Assembly (NCBI RefSeq): GCF_036321535.1
Contig: NC_087444.1
Coordinates: 65,410,001-65,474,000, forward strand
Direction: 5' to 3'
From: Camelus dromedarius
Taxonomy: Eukaryota
DNA: 64,000 nucleotides
Shown piece by piece: positions 10,301-26,600 of this stretch. How positions within the stretch are numbered: the stretch's first letter is position 1; each line of letters opens with the position of its first letter. The position numbers and the translations under genes are program-made. The notes beneath the pieces are model-generated. The model worked only from the letters and a program-made list of their open reading frames with translations, had not been told where the DNA came from and did no database searches.

Positions 10301-10699
10301 CCCCCCTCTAGGAGTCCCTGTGGCTTGTGTCCTCACTGCAATTTGATATAATGACATAATTGTTGCATAATAATTGTCTCCCTGATTCCTTCCTTATCCA
10401 TCCTAATTAAATTGCACCCACACACCCTGCCTTTGCACGCTTTAGTTTTCTCCTTAGCATCTTTCACTACCTGACCTGTGACAGATTTTGCCTATCTCTT
10501 TTACTTACTGTTAGCTTTCCCCGACTAGAATGTCAGCAACATGGACCAGGATCTTAGCCTGCCTTGTTCGGGGTCATAGCCCTGCTCTTTGACCAGGACC
10601 TGGTTCATAGCAAACATTTAGTCAATATTAAATGAATGAGTGAATGAATGGTACAACTTGCTCCATTGCCCAGTTGGTTGGGTCAGTATTACCAAGACT

Positions 10700-11215
10700 A
10701 TCTTATTAGCTGGTGACCCCAGGGAGACCATGTCTCCTCCTTGGTTGGGAACAGAGACCCAGTCTCCCATTTGAAACAGAACAGACCCAGGTTTGCATCT
10801 TGACTTCTCCCAGAACCTGGAGTAACTCCCAGCATCTGCTGCTTCCCACCCCACTCCCTCAGTGTCCATTCCCCATCTGGTAACAGTTCCCTGACTATTT
10901 TTGGAGAACCACTCCTCCCCGTTTTCATGGTTCAGGCAAGGCTGACTGCAGGGCCAGCGAAGCACGTGGGACTTTGGTTGGAACTGCAAGGGACAAGTAA
11001 CTCTCCTATCAGCTGCCAAATTGGTGGGATGTCTGCTTGGGGGCTTTGCGGGGCACTCTGGCCACCACTTGGATAAGAATGAAGCCAAAACAGAGGAAAG
11101 AACTGAGCCCCTGGATCCAGCTATGCTTGCAGCCCTGACCTTTTCTGTTACTCACGAAAATAAATTCCCATTTCTTTTTAAATCATGGGGATTAGGCTTC
11201 AGTCACTTGCTCCCT
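10700..11215 (+). mobile_element. MLT1-like MaLR LTR remnant
   Basis: gagcccctggatccagctatgc..ttctgttac..aataaattccc..ttcagtcacttgc is a typical MLT1 3' end. Confidence 0.5.
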
Positions 11216-11699
11216 GTGTGGCCTCAGACTAGGGGCTTCCCCTCTAGAGCCTCAGTTTCCCATTCTGTTAAGGAGGGACACATCACGGTGGTTATGAGAA
11301 TTAAAGGTGAAGGGATCTGTCTTAAGGGCATATCCAGGAGCCTAGCACAGGGCTCCTGCCTCTGTTCCTGAGTCTGAGTCTGCCCCACCTCTTGTCCTGA
11401 TGCCTTAAACTCTGGGGACAGGATGAGCTTAGATACCTGAGGCTGGGGAATGGACTCCGGGTCTAAGCCCTGGCAATTCAGCTTGGTGTCGTCAAGACCT
11501 GGGAGAGGGGAGCTTTCACAGTCCTGCACCAGTGCTGGCCAGCCTGGAAGCCCACCATGTAGAATGTTTAAACAGAGCTCCTGGTTGAATGCAGGTCAGG
11601 GGCTATAGGCAACCCACCCACATCACCTGCACCCCTCCTGTACACTTGCACCCTTCCTCTAGCTTCCTGTGGCAAGCATCTGTGCCTCTTTGCCTAAGG

Positions 11700-12015
11700 G
11701 TCTTTTACAGGCAGGAGAGGCTGGAAGTGCTGGGAGTTAACATCTCCAGGAACAGTCCTTAACCAATGAGAGATGGGAGCTGGTACACATGCCACAACCT
11801 CTTTCCCTCTTGGGTAGAACAACTTTGAATGTGTTCTAGTCTCCCAGAGTTCCCCAGGGGGATGGCACCCCCGGTGCCAGAGCAGCAACCAGCTCATTAA
11901 CTCCCTTCCCTGGCTCACTTCCCACTTCCCTGTCAATCTGCTTAGGATCACCTCCCCGAAAAAGCTATCTGTGCCTGAATCTTTGTCTCAGATTCTGGGG
12001 GAACCCAACCCAATG
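11700..12015 (+). mobile_element. ERVL LTR remnant (LTR16-like)
   Basis: gggagttaacatctcc..ccaatgagagatggg..ggatcacctcccc..tctcagattctgggggaaccca resembles recalled LTR16-family sequence. Confidence 0.45.
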
Positions 12016-12148
12016 TGGGCTGATTCCGTTCTGTGTTCTATGCTCAAGGCAAAGGGATCTGTGGAGGAGGCGTCCAGATGTATCAGGACCATTTCCTAGA
12101 TTCTCAATCCTTGGGCACCCAGTGTCCTCACACATCCTTCTATAGACT

Positions 12149-12370
12149 NNNNNNNNNNNNNNNNNNNNNNNNNNNNNNNNNNNNNNNNNNNNNNNNNNNN
12201 NNNNNNNNNNNNNNNNNNNNNNNNNNNNNNNNNNNNNNNNNNNNNNNNNNNNNNNNNNNNNNNNNNNNNNNNNNNNNNNNNNNNNNNNNNNNNNNNNNNN
12301 NNNNNNNNNNNNNNNNNNNNNNNNNNNNNNNNNNNNNNNNNNNNNNNNNNNNNNNNNNNNNNNNNNNNNN
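12149..12370. other. Assembly gap (222 N)
   Basis: Run of N. Confidence 0.99.
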
Positions 12371-12490
12371 TCAGACACTGAATCTTCCAGCACCTTGATC
12401 TTGGACTTTTCAGCTGTGAGAAATCAATTTCTATTGTTCATAAGCCACCCAGTCTACATCATTTTGTTACAGCAGCTGGAACAGACAGAC
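12371..12490 (+). mobile_element. MLT1 LTR 3' end
   Basis: gcaccttgatcttggactt..ctgtgagaaatcaatttctattgttcataagccacccagtct..tttgttacagcagc. Confidence 0.65.
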
Positions 12491-12510
12491 ACATCCTTTG
12501 ATGGCAACTA

Positions 12511-12516
12511 TTTATT
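12511..12516 (-). terminator. SYNE4 polyadenylation signal
   Basis: AATAAA on the minus strand, 19 nt after the stop codon. Confidence 0.7.
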
Positions 12517-12535
12517 ACGTATATCTGGACTGTAC

Positions 12536-15500
12536 TCAGATTGGGGGAGGACCATTGACATAGCTGAGCACCAGGTAAGGTGTCCTGGCCAGCCGGGCAG
12601 GAGAGCAGCAGGAGCCCCCTGACGTGGGCAGGAGCAACATGGCACCCACCAGGAGAAGGAAGAGGAAGAGAAGGAGGAAGGTCAGGGGCCGCCTGGATGT
12701 AGAACTGGGGGCTCTGTGAAGGGAAATGTAGTGTTAAATGTGTGGCTGGGCTGCCACCGTGAGCCCTGTCCCCCACACCCCCCAGACCCATCTTCCAGGC
12801 ATCTCACCCAGGGTCTACCTCTAGCATCACATCCTGGAGATTGGGAGATACTTGCCTCATCTTGTCCTAAGGGTAGATAGCAGCCAGCATTAGAATGGGT
12901 AGAAGTGGCACTTAATGTGGTCTTTCCCTTGCTGCTGTAGACCTACAGAGCTGAGCTTATTTCTCCTCCTTTCCTAGCACCCCCTCCATCCCCAGGACCC
13001 CACACAGGCTTGGAATACCTCCAAGTGTAGTGGATGTCTGTTTGTGCCTGCCCTCCATCCAATCCCCCTTTTCCTGGTAACAGTGGTTCAACTGGTGGGG
13101 GTGGGTGTCATACCTCCCCACTCTCCTGACCTCACGACTCCACTTCCGTGATTAGGCATGTGACCCAGACCTGGCCAATAGCAGCCCTCCATCAGCTTGG
13201 CTACTGTGATTGGTTCCAGGTCTAGGCCATGACTCAAGTTGGGGAAGCTGGAGTCAGCCCTAGGACTTTAACTGCAGGTAGGTACAGTGACACTGTCTCC
13301 TCCTGGGGTGGGGAAGCCAGTGGGAAGTGAGTACGTTGCTTCTGGGGCAGCCATTTTGCTGAGAAGGAATCCACCTTGGAGAAGCAGAGTCCAAAAGGGG
13401 AGAACTCAGCCCTGACAGCAGCTGTGGTCTGGAATTCAACAGCACCTGGACTTTTCAGTCACATGAAAAAAATAGCATCCCCTTTTTTGTGCAACTCAGC
13501 TTGGGTTGGATTGCTGTCACTTGCCATCGAGATTCCTGAGTGATACACCTGGTTGAGGACCAGCTCACCTGGGACTTCCGGAGCAGGGAGCGTCTTCGGT
13601 GACCTGCTAAGTGTTTCCGATGGTTGAGGCCTGACATGAGCATGTCCTTTTAGAGAAGAGAGTGGTGAGGTCCTTGGAGAACCAGTGACAAAGACACACA
13701 AGGTTGGGAAAGGACCTAGATGGGGGGTGGGTGTTGTAGAGATGAGACTCTGGGGAAAGAGATCACGGGGAGAGATGAAGAGAGGGACAGAGACAAAGAA
13801 ACCAAGAGAAGGGAGACATTATTTATTCATTCATTCAACAAATATTTAATGAGTGTCTGTTACATGCCAGGCACAGTTCTAGGAGCTGGGGACACAGTGG
13901 ATGTAGAAACAGACAAAGTCCTGGCATCCATGGAGTTTATATTCTAGCAGGAGAGAGGGAGAGACCATAAGTTAATAAACAAATGTATAATGTCAAGATG
14001 TGGTAAGTGCAGTTAGGAAATAAAGTCAAAGGACAAGGAGCAATAATATTTGGAGGGCAGAGCAGGCCTCCCTGAAGAGGTAACATCTGAGGAGAGACGA
14101 ATGAATGAGGAGGTAAGCTGGGCATGCACTGGGGGCTTTGAGATGGGAGTGAATTTGGAATAGTGTGGCCCCTAGGGGTGAGTGAGGGAGAGAGTGAGAG
14201 GAAATGAGGAAATGTAGATACAACAGAAGGAAACAGAGTGAGATGGAGGAAGGCATGGAGGCCAAGAGAGGCAGAGGGAGGGAGGGGAGGGGACAATGAG
14301 ATAGCAAAAGAGAAATAGACCCCGAGAGGGATAGAGGGAGAAACAGAGCCATGAAAACCTTGAAGGGGAAGGACCCTGCTAGGAGGCACACAGATGGGTC
14401 CATGGGTGCCTGGGGGGAGGTGACCCCACCTGCTCTTACCTCGAGGCTTTGTCCCCTGCCCCAGGGGCCCCTGTGGCCACATAGCTCACAGGGAGCCCCT
14501 GGTGTCCAGGCTGTCCTTCGCCCCAAAGGCCCGAGGCCCCCAACGTCCCCCGCCGGGTCCCACTCCAACTCTGCAGGAGTGGGGAGGCTACCGGATGCCC
14601 AGGGCCCCCAGATCCTACCATGTCCTGGCCCGTCTGAGTCCCCCTCAACCTCCAAGTCCTGCTCCAGTGTGTTGATCTCCTCAAACACCTGGTCAGAGGA
14701 CAGAGGTCATGAGGGTTGGGACTGGTGCCTGCACCAGGGACCACCAGGGTGGTCCATACCAGGCTGAAGCTGACCAGCTGGGCCTGCAGCCGCCACAGCT
14801 GCCGGAAGATGCTGTCTCGATGGGCTCTGAAGGCCCTCAGGACCTGCTCCAGGGGTGCCCGGGCTTGGGGCTCACTCCGCTGTGCCAGCCCCTCACCGAA
14901 TGCCAGCAGTGCATCTAAACGCTCAGCTGCCCCACGGAGGTCTGCCTGGAGGGCCTGGGTACACAGAGTTGGACGTCACTCCCCTCCCCAATCCACACAC
15001 ACATACACACACACACACACCAGGGGCACCAGAGACCTGGGACCTGGATTTACAACCCCTCCTCCCCTTCCCAACCTAGAACATGGAATAAACCCATTTC
15101 CTACCCTAGGGAGCTGGCACCCACTCCTGAGGCCCTGCCCACCCTCCCACATCCTAGCTTCCCATTGCCCACCTGCAGCTGGACCATCCTGCTCTGGGCT
15201 GATGCCCAGGGCCCCAGGCCTCGCTCCAGGTCCTGCAGCTGGAGGCCCAGCCCCAGAAGGCTAAGATGCAGGCTGTCCTGCTCAGCCTCCAATACCTCCT
15301 GGCCAGAGATGGAGTGCTGGGGAACACAAAGAGCTGAGTCAGGGCTGGTGAGTCAACTAAGATGTGCCCCCACTCCCATTGCACCCTTCTTCTGCAGGCT
15401 CCTGCCTTCTGGATGCTTCTCTGCAGCAGAGTCTATCACTGGGTCTGCACCAGGGCTGCTCCCACCTAGAGAAACCTCCCAGTGGAGCCAGGCCTGAGAA

Positions 15501-16273
15501 CCTCTAGTTCAAATTCTGCAGGTTCCAAGGTTCCTGGAAATGTGTATATGGAGGGCCTACAGGTCTGGACAGGGAAGGGGTGATGGAGCTGGATAACCCC
15601 GCCAAGGAATGGGCCAATGATAAAAATAACTCTCAGCTGGAAAATATTGAAATATTTCTATAGTGGTTGGTAAAGAATCATTGTCCAGAGCATCCCTCCC
15701 CACACAAATGCCCAACATTTTTCCAGAATCATCACCTCATCCCTGGTGTGGAAGCCAAATTCTGGGAGAGCAACAGGAGGTAGGAGCTGGCACAGGGAGG
15801 GGCCCAAGTCACCTCAGCTCACCTTACAGTGTTTGGCCCCAGTTGGGTCCTCCTGGGAAGAGGATGTTGGCAATGTGGGGAGGCCAGTAGCAGGCTTGGT
15901 GCCCCTCAGTCCACTCTGGAAGTGCTCAGGAGGGTCCAAGGAGACCTGCCCCTGCTTCTGAGCCTGTTCCAACCTGGTAGGGGACATTGACAGGTCCCTG
16001 AGTAAGCGTAGGTGCCCATTATCCACCCTATCCCAGCTACCTCTCCCGTGTCCCCAGGTGATCATACTCACAGTATCTCCTACCCTCAAAAGGGGTACTG
16101 CCCCCACCCTTTTGGGACCCAAGTTTCAAAAACACCAGCTCCTACCTGATTCTCTCGTCTCCAGATGCAGGGTAGATGGTGAATTCAGCAGTATCCAGCT
16201 CCCTAGGCGCTCCAGGGTGGTGGCTGAAGGGCTCAGAAGAGGGCCTAGGGCTCAGAGGTGGGGGCAGGGCCAT
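12536..16273 (-). CDS. SYNE4: Nesprin-4 (KASH-domain outer nuclear membrane protein), 8 exons, 393 aa
   Basis: Exons 16273-16146, 15973-15823, 15316-15173, 14954-14760, 14688-14440, 13646-13569, 12866-12808 and 12713-12536 total 1182 nt, all GT-AG and in frame. Contains the kinesin-1-binding LEWD motif, a TM segment and a KASH end [16 protein letters not shown]. Confidence 0.95.
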
Positions 16274-16723
16274 ATTCGGGAGCCTGGGAACAGAGATTCA
16301 GTGAGGATCCCCAGTAGGAGCCCTTTTCCCAGCCAGGGGTACCCACCCCCAGACCTCCTCAGTAGGACTCACCCAGGCCTGAGGTAGCCAGGAGCCCAGG
16401 GTCAGGCTCTTCCCAGGTGGAAACTGGACCCAGGTAATTTGATGCCCAGCTCAGGTGACAGCAGTATCACTTAACTCCTTCCTCCCCAGCAGACCAGTAG
16501 CTGAACCTCCCAAGCTCGCACCACCCACATAAGGGGTCTCCAGATATAACCCTCCCCCCTCAAAAGCCCTGGATTCTGCTCCACTCTGTGACCCATACAT
16601 CTGACCCCCATGGCCCACACCCTCCCTCTAAAGTGCCAGGCGCAGCGCCCCTCAGGAACCCAAGCATCTGACCCCTCCCTTCTGCCATGTCCAAAACCAA
16701 AATAAGGTATTTTTTGTTGTTGG

Positions 16724-16729
16724 TTTATT
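16724..16729 (-). terminator. Likely ALKBH6 polyadenylation signal
   Basis: AATAAA on the minus strand about 160 nt after the stop. Confidence 0.65.
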
Positions 16730-16891
16730 TGTAATGGGGCCTTTTCCTATGGTTCCCACACAGTTACTGGGAAAATAACCGCGGGAGAGGTGAGAGGAGT
16801 TGCCTCTGCCCCAGGGTTTCACGGTCACAGGGTGGCAGCTGTCCAGAGCAGGCGAAAGCCCGGGAATCCCGCCGGATCCTGGGACCTGGCG

Positions 16892-20904
<4,013 letters not shown>

Positions 20905-21749
20905 CAACAGCAACTCTGAGTACCCAGTCAGTCCTGTGGAAAGAGAACACACTGAAGCCACCAAGACTGCCACCCTCAGGATATGATCCAGCCTTCGGCT
21001 TTTATCATGGGCCAGGGCCTCACCTCAGCCATCTAGCAAAACTCACTTGGTTTCTAAAACCTAAGTCCTCAACATCTCAAAAGCCACCCAATGCACCCCC
21101 AGGCTCCCTGCCTAGACACGATGAGCACCCAGAACACTCCCCCAAACGCCATCCACCAAAGGCCTATCAGGCTACACGTATTTGCCCTCCCAAGCCTCTC
21201 ACAGAGAACAACCCCTGAGTCCATTGGGAACCTTTCTCAAGAGCTCCACCACACATATCCCCCAGGGCTGCACCCTAGAGCCCCTTTAGACACCTCGATT
21301 TGAGACCTCATCCTAAAAACTTCGGATCTGCAACTCTGAGCCCGACTCTCTAACAATATTCAAGGTCCTCGTGGACCCTCCTCCCGCCTTAAGCCCTTTC
21401 AGACGCCCCATTCTGAGCACCCTCGTGCCCCCTATCTAAGCCGCCTCAGATACATCCATTTGCAGTCTCCTCGGATCCCCCAACTCTAGGCTCCCCTCAG
21501 ACCTCTCTTTCCAAGAGCCCTTCACTGCAGCACCCTTGGACCTTTGACTCGGAGCCTGACTCCTCACACCTCCCCTTCCCTGAACCCCTTGGATCCCACG
21601 CTTTGAACTCCCTCGGACTCCCGTCTGAGCTTTCCCGAATCCTCACTCTCAGCCCTCTCAGACCCTTATCTCCGCCCTCGGCCACCCCCAAGAACTGACC
21701 GTCCACCAGTGTCCCCTCCAAAATCCAAATTCAACACCCCCATTCCCTT

Positions 21750-22110
21750 CCCAGCCACTTCCGCCCCACATGCCTGACGCAGAGTCCTCGGACCAATGGG
21801 AGTTCTCAAAGGCTCTAAGGCTCCGCCTTCCACCCAATCGGCGCTCTCACACAATATTGCCCCGCCCCTTCAGCTTCGTTCGGTGATAGGCTGTACCTCC
21901 TGGCCTCTGAGCCATTGGGGATCTTTCAGAAACGCGTCTTCTTCTGGCAGCGGCCAATCAGAGCGCCAGAACAGAACCTGTCCACACTGCGGAGAGAGCC
22001 CAGCGCCGAGGGGCAGCTGTGGCGGCCTCAGGAAAAACGCGACTGTTAGATGGACTTCCCACAGGCTAGGCGATCTTATATCCAAGCCGCAGGGAGGCGA
22101 GCTTGAGGTA
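21750..22110. promoter_or_regulatory. ALKBH6 promoter, probably bidirectional
   Basis: ETS (cacttccg, ~21758), CCAAT/ATTGG near 21793, 21834, 21915 and 21955, GC box ~21860, and CpG enrichment. Confidence 0.65.
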
Positions 22111-22204
22111 TGAACTTCCTCTGCCATCCTCCCCCAGCAAGGATACAGAGGCAAGGCCGTAACTCGCCAAACACAGACCCAACGCAGAGAGCCATAGAAA
22201 CGTC

Positions 22205-22210
22205 TTTATT
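22205..22210 (-). terminator. Likely CLIP3 polyadenylation signal
   Basis: AATAAA on the minus strand, about 1.5 kb after the stop and just before the ALKBH6 promoter. Confidence 0.65.
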
Positions 22211-23687
22211 GAAGGGAGTCGGGGGTCATGCTGAGTTTGGGGGACATGCAGTGAAGGGGCAGTTGTGAGCTGTCCTTGGTGTTCAGGGCCCCAGGTCTGC
22301 CGTGGACCGCCTGGGCCTTCAGGGTCTCCCTCGAGCATAGTCTGGCCAGGGAGCTGTGAGGTCCTTCGGGGCCAGTAACTTAAGATTTAATGTCTTGGAC
22401 CTGTGACCAGAAAGTAGACTGCAGTGGAGGATTTGGGATCCCCTCAAGGCCTTGGTGCCCTTCATTTATTAGAGATGGAGGTTTGAGGATTTGGGGTTCC
22501 CTTGGGGCTAGGGCTCTTGGAATTTGGGTGTCTTGAGATCTACTGACTCAGGGCATTGAAGTCCTCTGTGTTCCAGGGATGAGAATTCCTGTTTGGGGTC
22601 TCCTGGGGCCTATGAATGGGGCCTAAGGTGCCCTGGGAGCCCAGGATACATATCCTGACTGCAGTCTCCTCCATCCCAGGCACAAGGACCTCCATGATTG
22701 GGGTTTCCTCGGGGCTTGGGATTGGATTTTTAAATTTGGGGTTCCCTGGGGATTTGGGGATTCCATGATTTGGGGGTCCTGGGAGTTAGGGCTTTGGGGT
22801 CTCCTAGGGGATGTAGGACTTGGGGGCACAGGGAAGTTTGGGACATGTAATCTGGGGTTTAGGATGCTTAGAGTCCCAGAATGGGACCTCCAAATTTTGG
22901 GGTCCCCCAAAGGGGGAAATAATTGCTTTAAAAATAGAGAATTTTCTGGGAGCCTGGCCAGCACAGGTACTGTGGGCCACATGGGGTGGGCTTCATACAA
23001 GGCACTGGGGGTTTCTTGAGGGTACAGAGGATAGGAAGACTTGGGGGTCCTGTAATTAGCACTTCCAGGACTGTTTTGGTGTCTGTAAATTGGTGGTGAC
23101 AGTGGGCTGGTTAATGTGGGTCTCTTCTTGAGGGGTAAGAGCAGGGGTTTTTGTCAGTGGAGGGGGGTCTCTGATTGTAGTGTAAGGGTTTGGGGTGACC
23201 ACAGGGGTCACAGCATCTTGAGGGGACTGAAATTAAATATGGGTTTGTTACCCTGTTGTTCTGGAGGGGTTTCTTTCAAGGGGACTTGATGGGGTGGGTC
23301 TTTGTTAATAGGTAAGGGTTCTGATCCAGTGACAGGTGACTCAGAAATGTTCTGTTGTGGAGCATTATGTAGAGAAAGTCACCGTCATTTGGAATGATGT
23401 GGAAATCTGTTACTGGGGGGTCTGCTCTGAGAGGTTGGGGATAGGGACTAGCCTGAAGGTGCTACACTCAGGGAATCTCTTTCTGGGTAACACAAGGTCT
23501 GTATTTGGGGAGTTATCATGGGGGAATCTGTTAATAATGGGGCCTCAGTGATCGAGGGCTGGCTACTGGGGGGGTCTCTATTCTGGATGTGTTACTGGGA
23601 ATCTCTATCTCAGGGTGACTCGGGGGCTCCTTGTGTCAGGAGACACTAGAGGGGACTCTGTGTCTCTTTGTGGGATGTCCAGGGCCT

Positions 23688-26600
23688 CTAAGACTGCATC
23701 TCCGCCCTCAGCATCCAGGGAAACCAGCAGCAGAAGAGCAACCTGGGGAAGAGAACTGTGTCACACCCTGGTGCAGGGTGCAGCAGGTGAGAGCATCTGG
23801 ACCCATCACCCCCCAGCTCTTCCCCACGTGTCTGGGATTTGGCCTTTCTGGATTCTGCCTCTGCCTCTCTGGCTGTGTCTTCTCAGGCTCCCATGGGGCG
23901 GAGGATGTTCTGCCTCCTCTACCTGCCCCTAAAAAGCTGAAGTCACCAGAATTCAGTGTGGGGCCTCACTCCGTAAAGACTGTGTCTGGCTAAGCTAACT
24001 CACCATAAGTTTTCCTAACCTCTACTTCCAGCCCCACCCAGAGCTCCAGACCCCTGTGTCCAATGGCCTGGTGATTGCCTTTTCCTGAATATCCCGCAGG
24101 AGAGGGGGCCAAGGGTTGCTACGCACCTGGAGATGGAGTTCTCTGACGCAATGTCCTTTGGAGTCCGGACTGTTGTGAAGGTGCGTTTGGGCTGCGACAC
24201 TGAAGGGAAGGGCAAGGTCTCAGGTGAGGGGATGGCAGACCCACCTGTCTATCAACACCCACCCAGACTCCTTGTCATTAATACTTATCCACATCCCACT
24301 AGACACCAAAGATAAAGCCATCATGCTTACCGGTGGGCTGGCATTCCCAACAGCCATCTAGACCTGTCGTCAATAATATTTCCTGTGTCTTCCAAGACCT
24401 GCCCATGTCTCCAGTGCCTGCCCAGAGCCTTGTCATTAACATCCCCATCCCCATAGCACCCACCATTTGGGGGATCCTGTCTCATCATTTTCCCAGATCC
24501 TGTGTCCCAAATGAACACTGGAGATTCTGCTCCAGCATAGACCTGAGAACCCATGACCTTCCCTCCTATCCCCAAACCCACACTCCTCCTCATACCCAGC
24601 CCCCAACTCACTTGTCACTTGATGTACTTTTTTGGCTCCAACATTGTCGCCAGGGGGATCGGTGGATCCACCAATCCTAAGGAGACACGAGGGGTGGGAG
24701 GAGTCAGAGCCACAAGAGGTCAGGCAGGGTCTGGCCAGGAGCTGTGCGCCAGGGAGCCTACAAGGAAAGAGCTAGGGCGTGGGGGTGGGTATCCACACTG
24801 TCCTCCTGGTCCACAAGGAGGAACACCCCTCCAGGGCACCTGAGGGAGAAATCAGGGCTCTGGGTGGTGCCCTGTTTTGGGATCAGAGTTTGGACTCACC
24901 TCTGAATTCGAGATGCTGGAGCAAAGACTCCATGCTTTGGGGGGCAGGTAAAGTACCGGACGCCAAAGACAGAGCCATCGTGCTTCCCGGTGGGCTGGTC
25001 TAGCTCAATGCCGTACCAGTAACCTGCGGCAGGAGGGTGTCAGGATGCCTCAAGGTCCTGCCTGCTCCCCAGCCCAGATATCTGTCCTCACCTGGGGCAA
25101 AGTCTGTCTTCCCATAGAAGCGCACAATCCCTTGCTTCTGGCCTGCAACGAGGACCTGGTCTCCAACCTCAGCCTTGGCTCCGTCGCGCTGCTGCAGGCT
25201 GCCCAGAGATGGGGATGACGGGGGCTTCTTCTTGCCTGGGGTTGGAGGGTACAAGGGGTGAGGGAGAGGCCTCTAAATGCCAGCCCTGGGGACCCTGTGT
25301 CACCAGAAAGCCACAAGGTAGAAGCTCTTGCCTGGTTCCAATCAGAGGAAAAGCAGAGCCTTCCTCCAAATTGGGGGGTGGGTGGGCTTGAAAGGAAACA
25401 TCCCCAGTTGTCAGATAACTGGGGCTGGGGGCTTTAGGCCAGAGGGAAAACTGAGTCAAGAACCTGGAGAATTCCAAAACTCCTTCTCAAAGTTGAGGCT
25501 ACTTAAGCCAAAGGAAAAACTGAGTCTCAGAAGTCAGGAACCCAGAAACTATCCTTTCACAATGAAGTGGCTACTGGGTCTGAGAATAAATCAAGTCACT
25601 AAAGCCAGGAACCCCATAGATTCTTCCCTGAAACTGGGAGAAAACCTTTGGGTCTGACGAGAAACTGTGTCACAGTGGGCAGGGAACCCACAGGTCCTTT
25701 CAAGAACCGGGTGGGGCCAGTACTGAGTCAAAGGAGACACTAAGTCATAGAAGTCAGGGACTCAGAGATCGTCCTCTAAAATGGGACTTTGGGCCTGAGG
25801 AGAAACTGAGTCACAGAAGCTGGGCTACCCACAGAAGATGCTCAAGACTGGCTCTCCTCAGCCCCAGGGCTCCCACTCTGACCTTTGTGTTCCCTGCGGC
25901 CTTTGCCAGTGACGCGGGAGAAGTCCATCCGGGGAGTCCGAGGTGTGGAGGTAACAGATGAGGGAGGTGCGTCCACTGCCTTGGAGATCTTGGACACAGA
26001 GGCAAAGAGACCTGGGGGGACATAGCCTGGGCTGGGAGTTGTCCAAGCCTCTGCCCTCTGCCCCACCATCACCCCCCAACCCCCTCAGCTGGCAGCATCA
26101 GAACTACTGAGTGGAAACCATCACCACCCTTTTGAGCCCCTGTGGGACTCACCCTGCTTGGGAGGGCAGATGAAGTACCGGACACCCCCAACACTGCCAT
26201 CATTCTTGCCCTCAGGTTCATCCAGCTCCACGCCCACCCACTGACCACTGGCGAACTCGGTGGTCCCGCAGAACCGCAGTGTGCCCGTCTGCAGAAACAA
26301 GGGAGGATATAGTTTGGGTGGGCCTTGGGAGGCCATCACAGATCACTGATACACAGGCAGCTGGTGGGGCAGGTGAGGAAGCCCCAGGCTCAAATCTCAG
26401 CTTGGACATCACCATTCACTGGCCATATGACTTAACCATACTGTGCCTCAACATCCTCATCTGCAAAATGGGAACAGAATTCACACCCACCTTATAGGAT
26501 CATTACAAAGCTGCCCTGTCGGAAGCAGTAAATAGCCACTGGCCACATATGGCAAATTAAATTAACTAAAATTAAATTAAAATATCATTTCCCCAATCAC

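Noticed and set aside
14026-14439. 3' part of the 220-aa ORF 14026-14688
   Set aside because: Only the first 83 codons are SYNE4 exon 5; the rest is read-through into a pyrimidine-rich intron.
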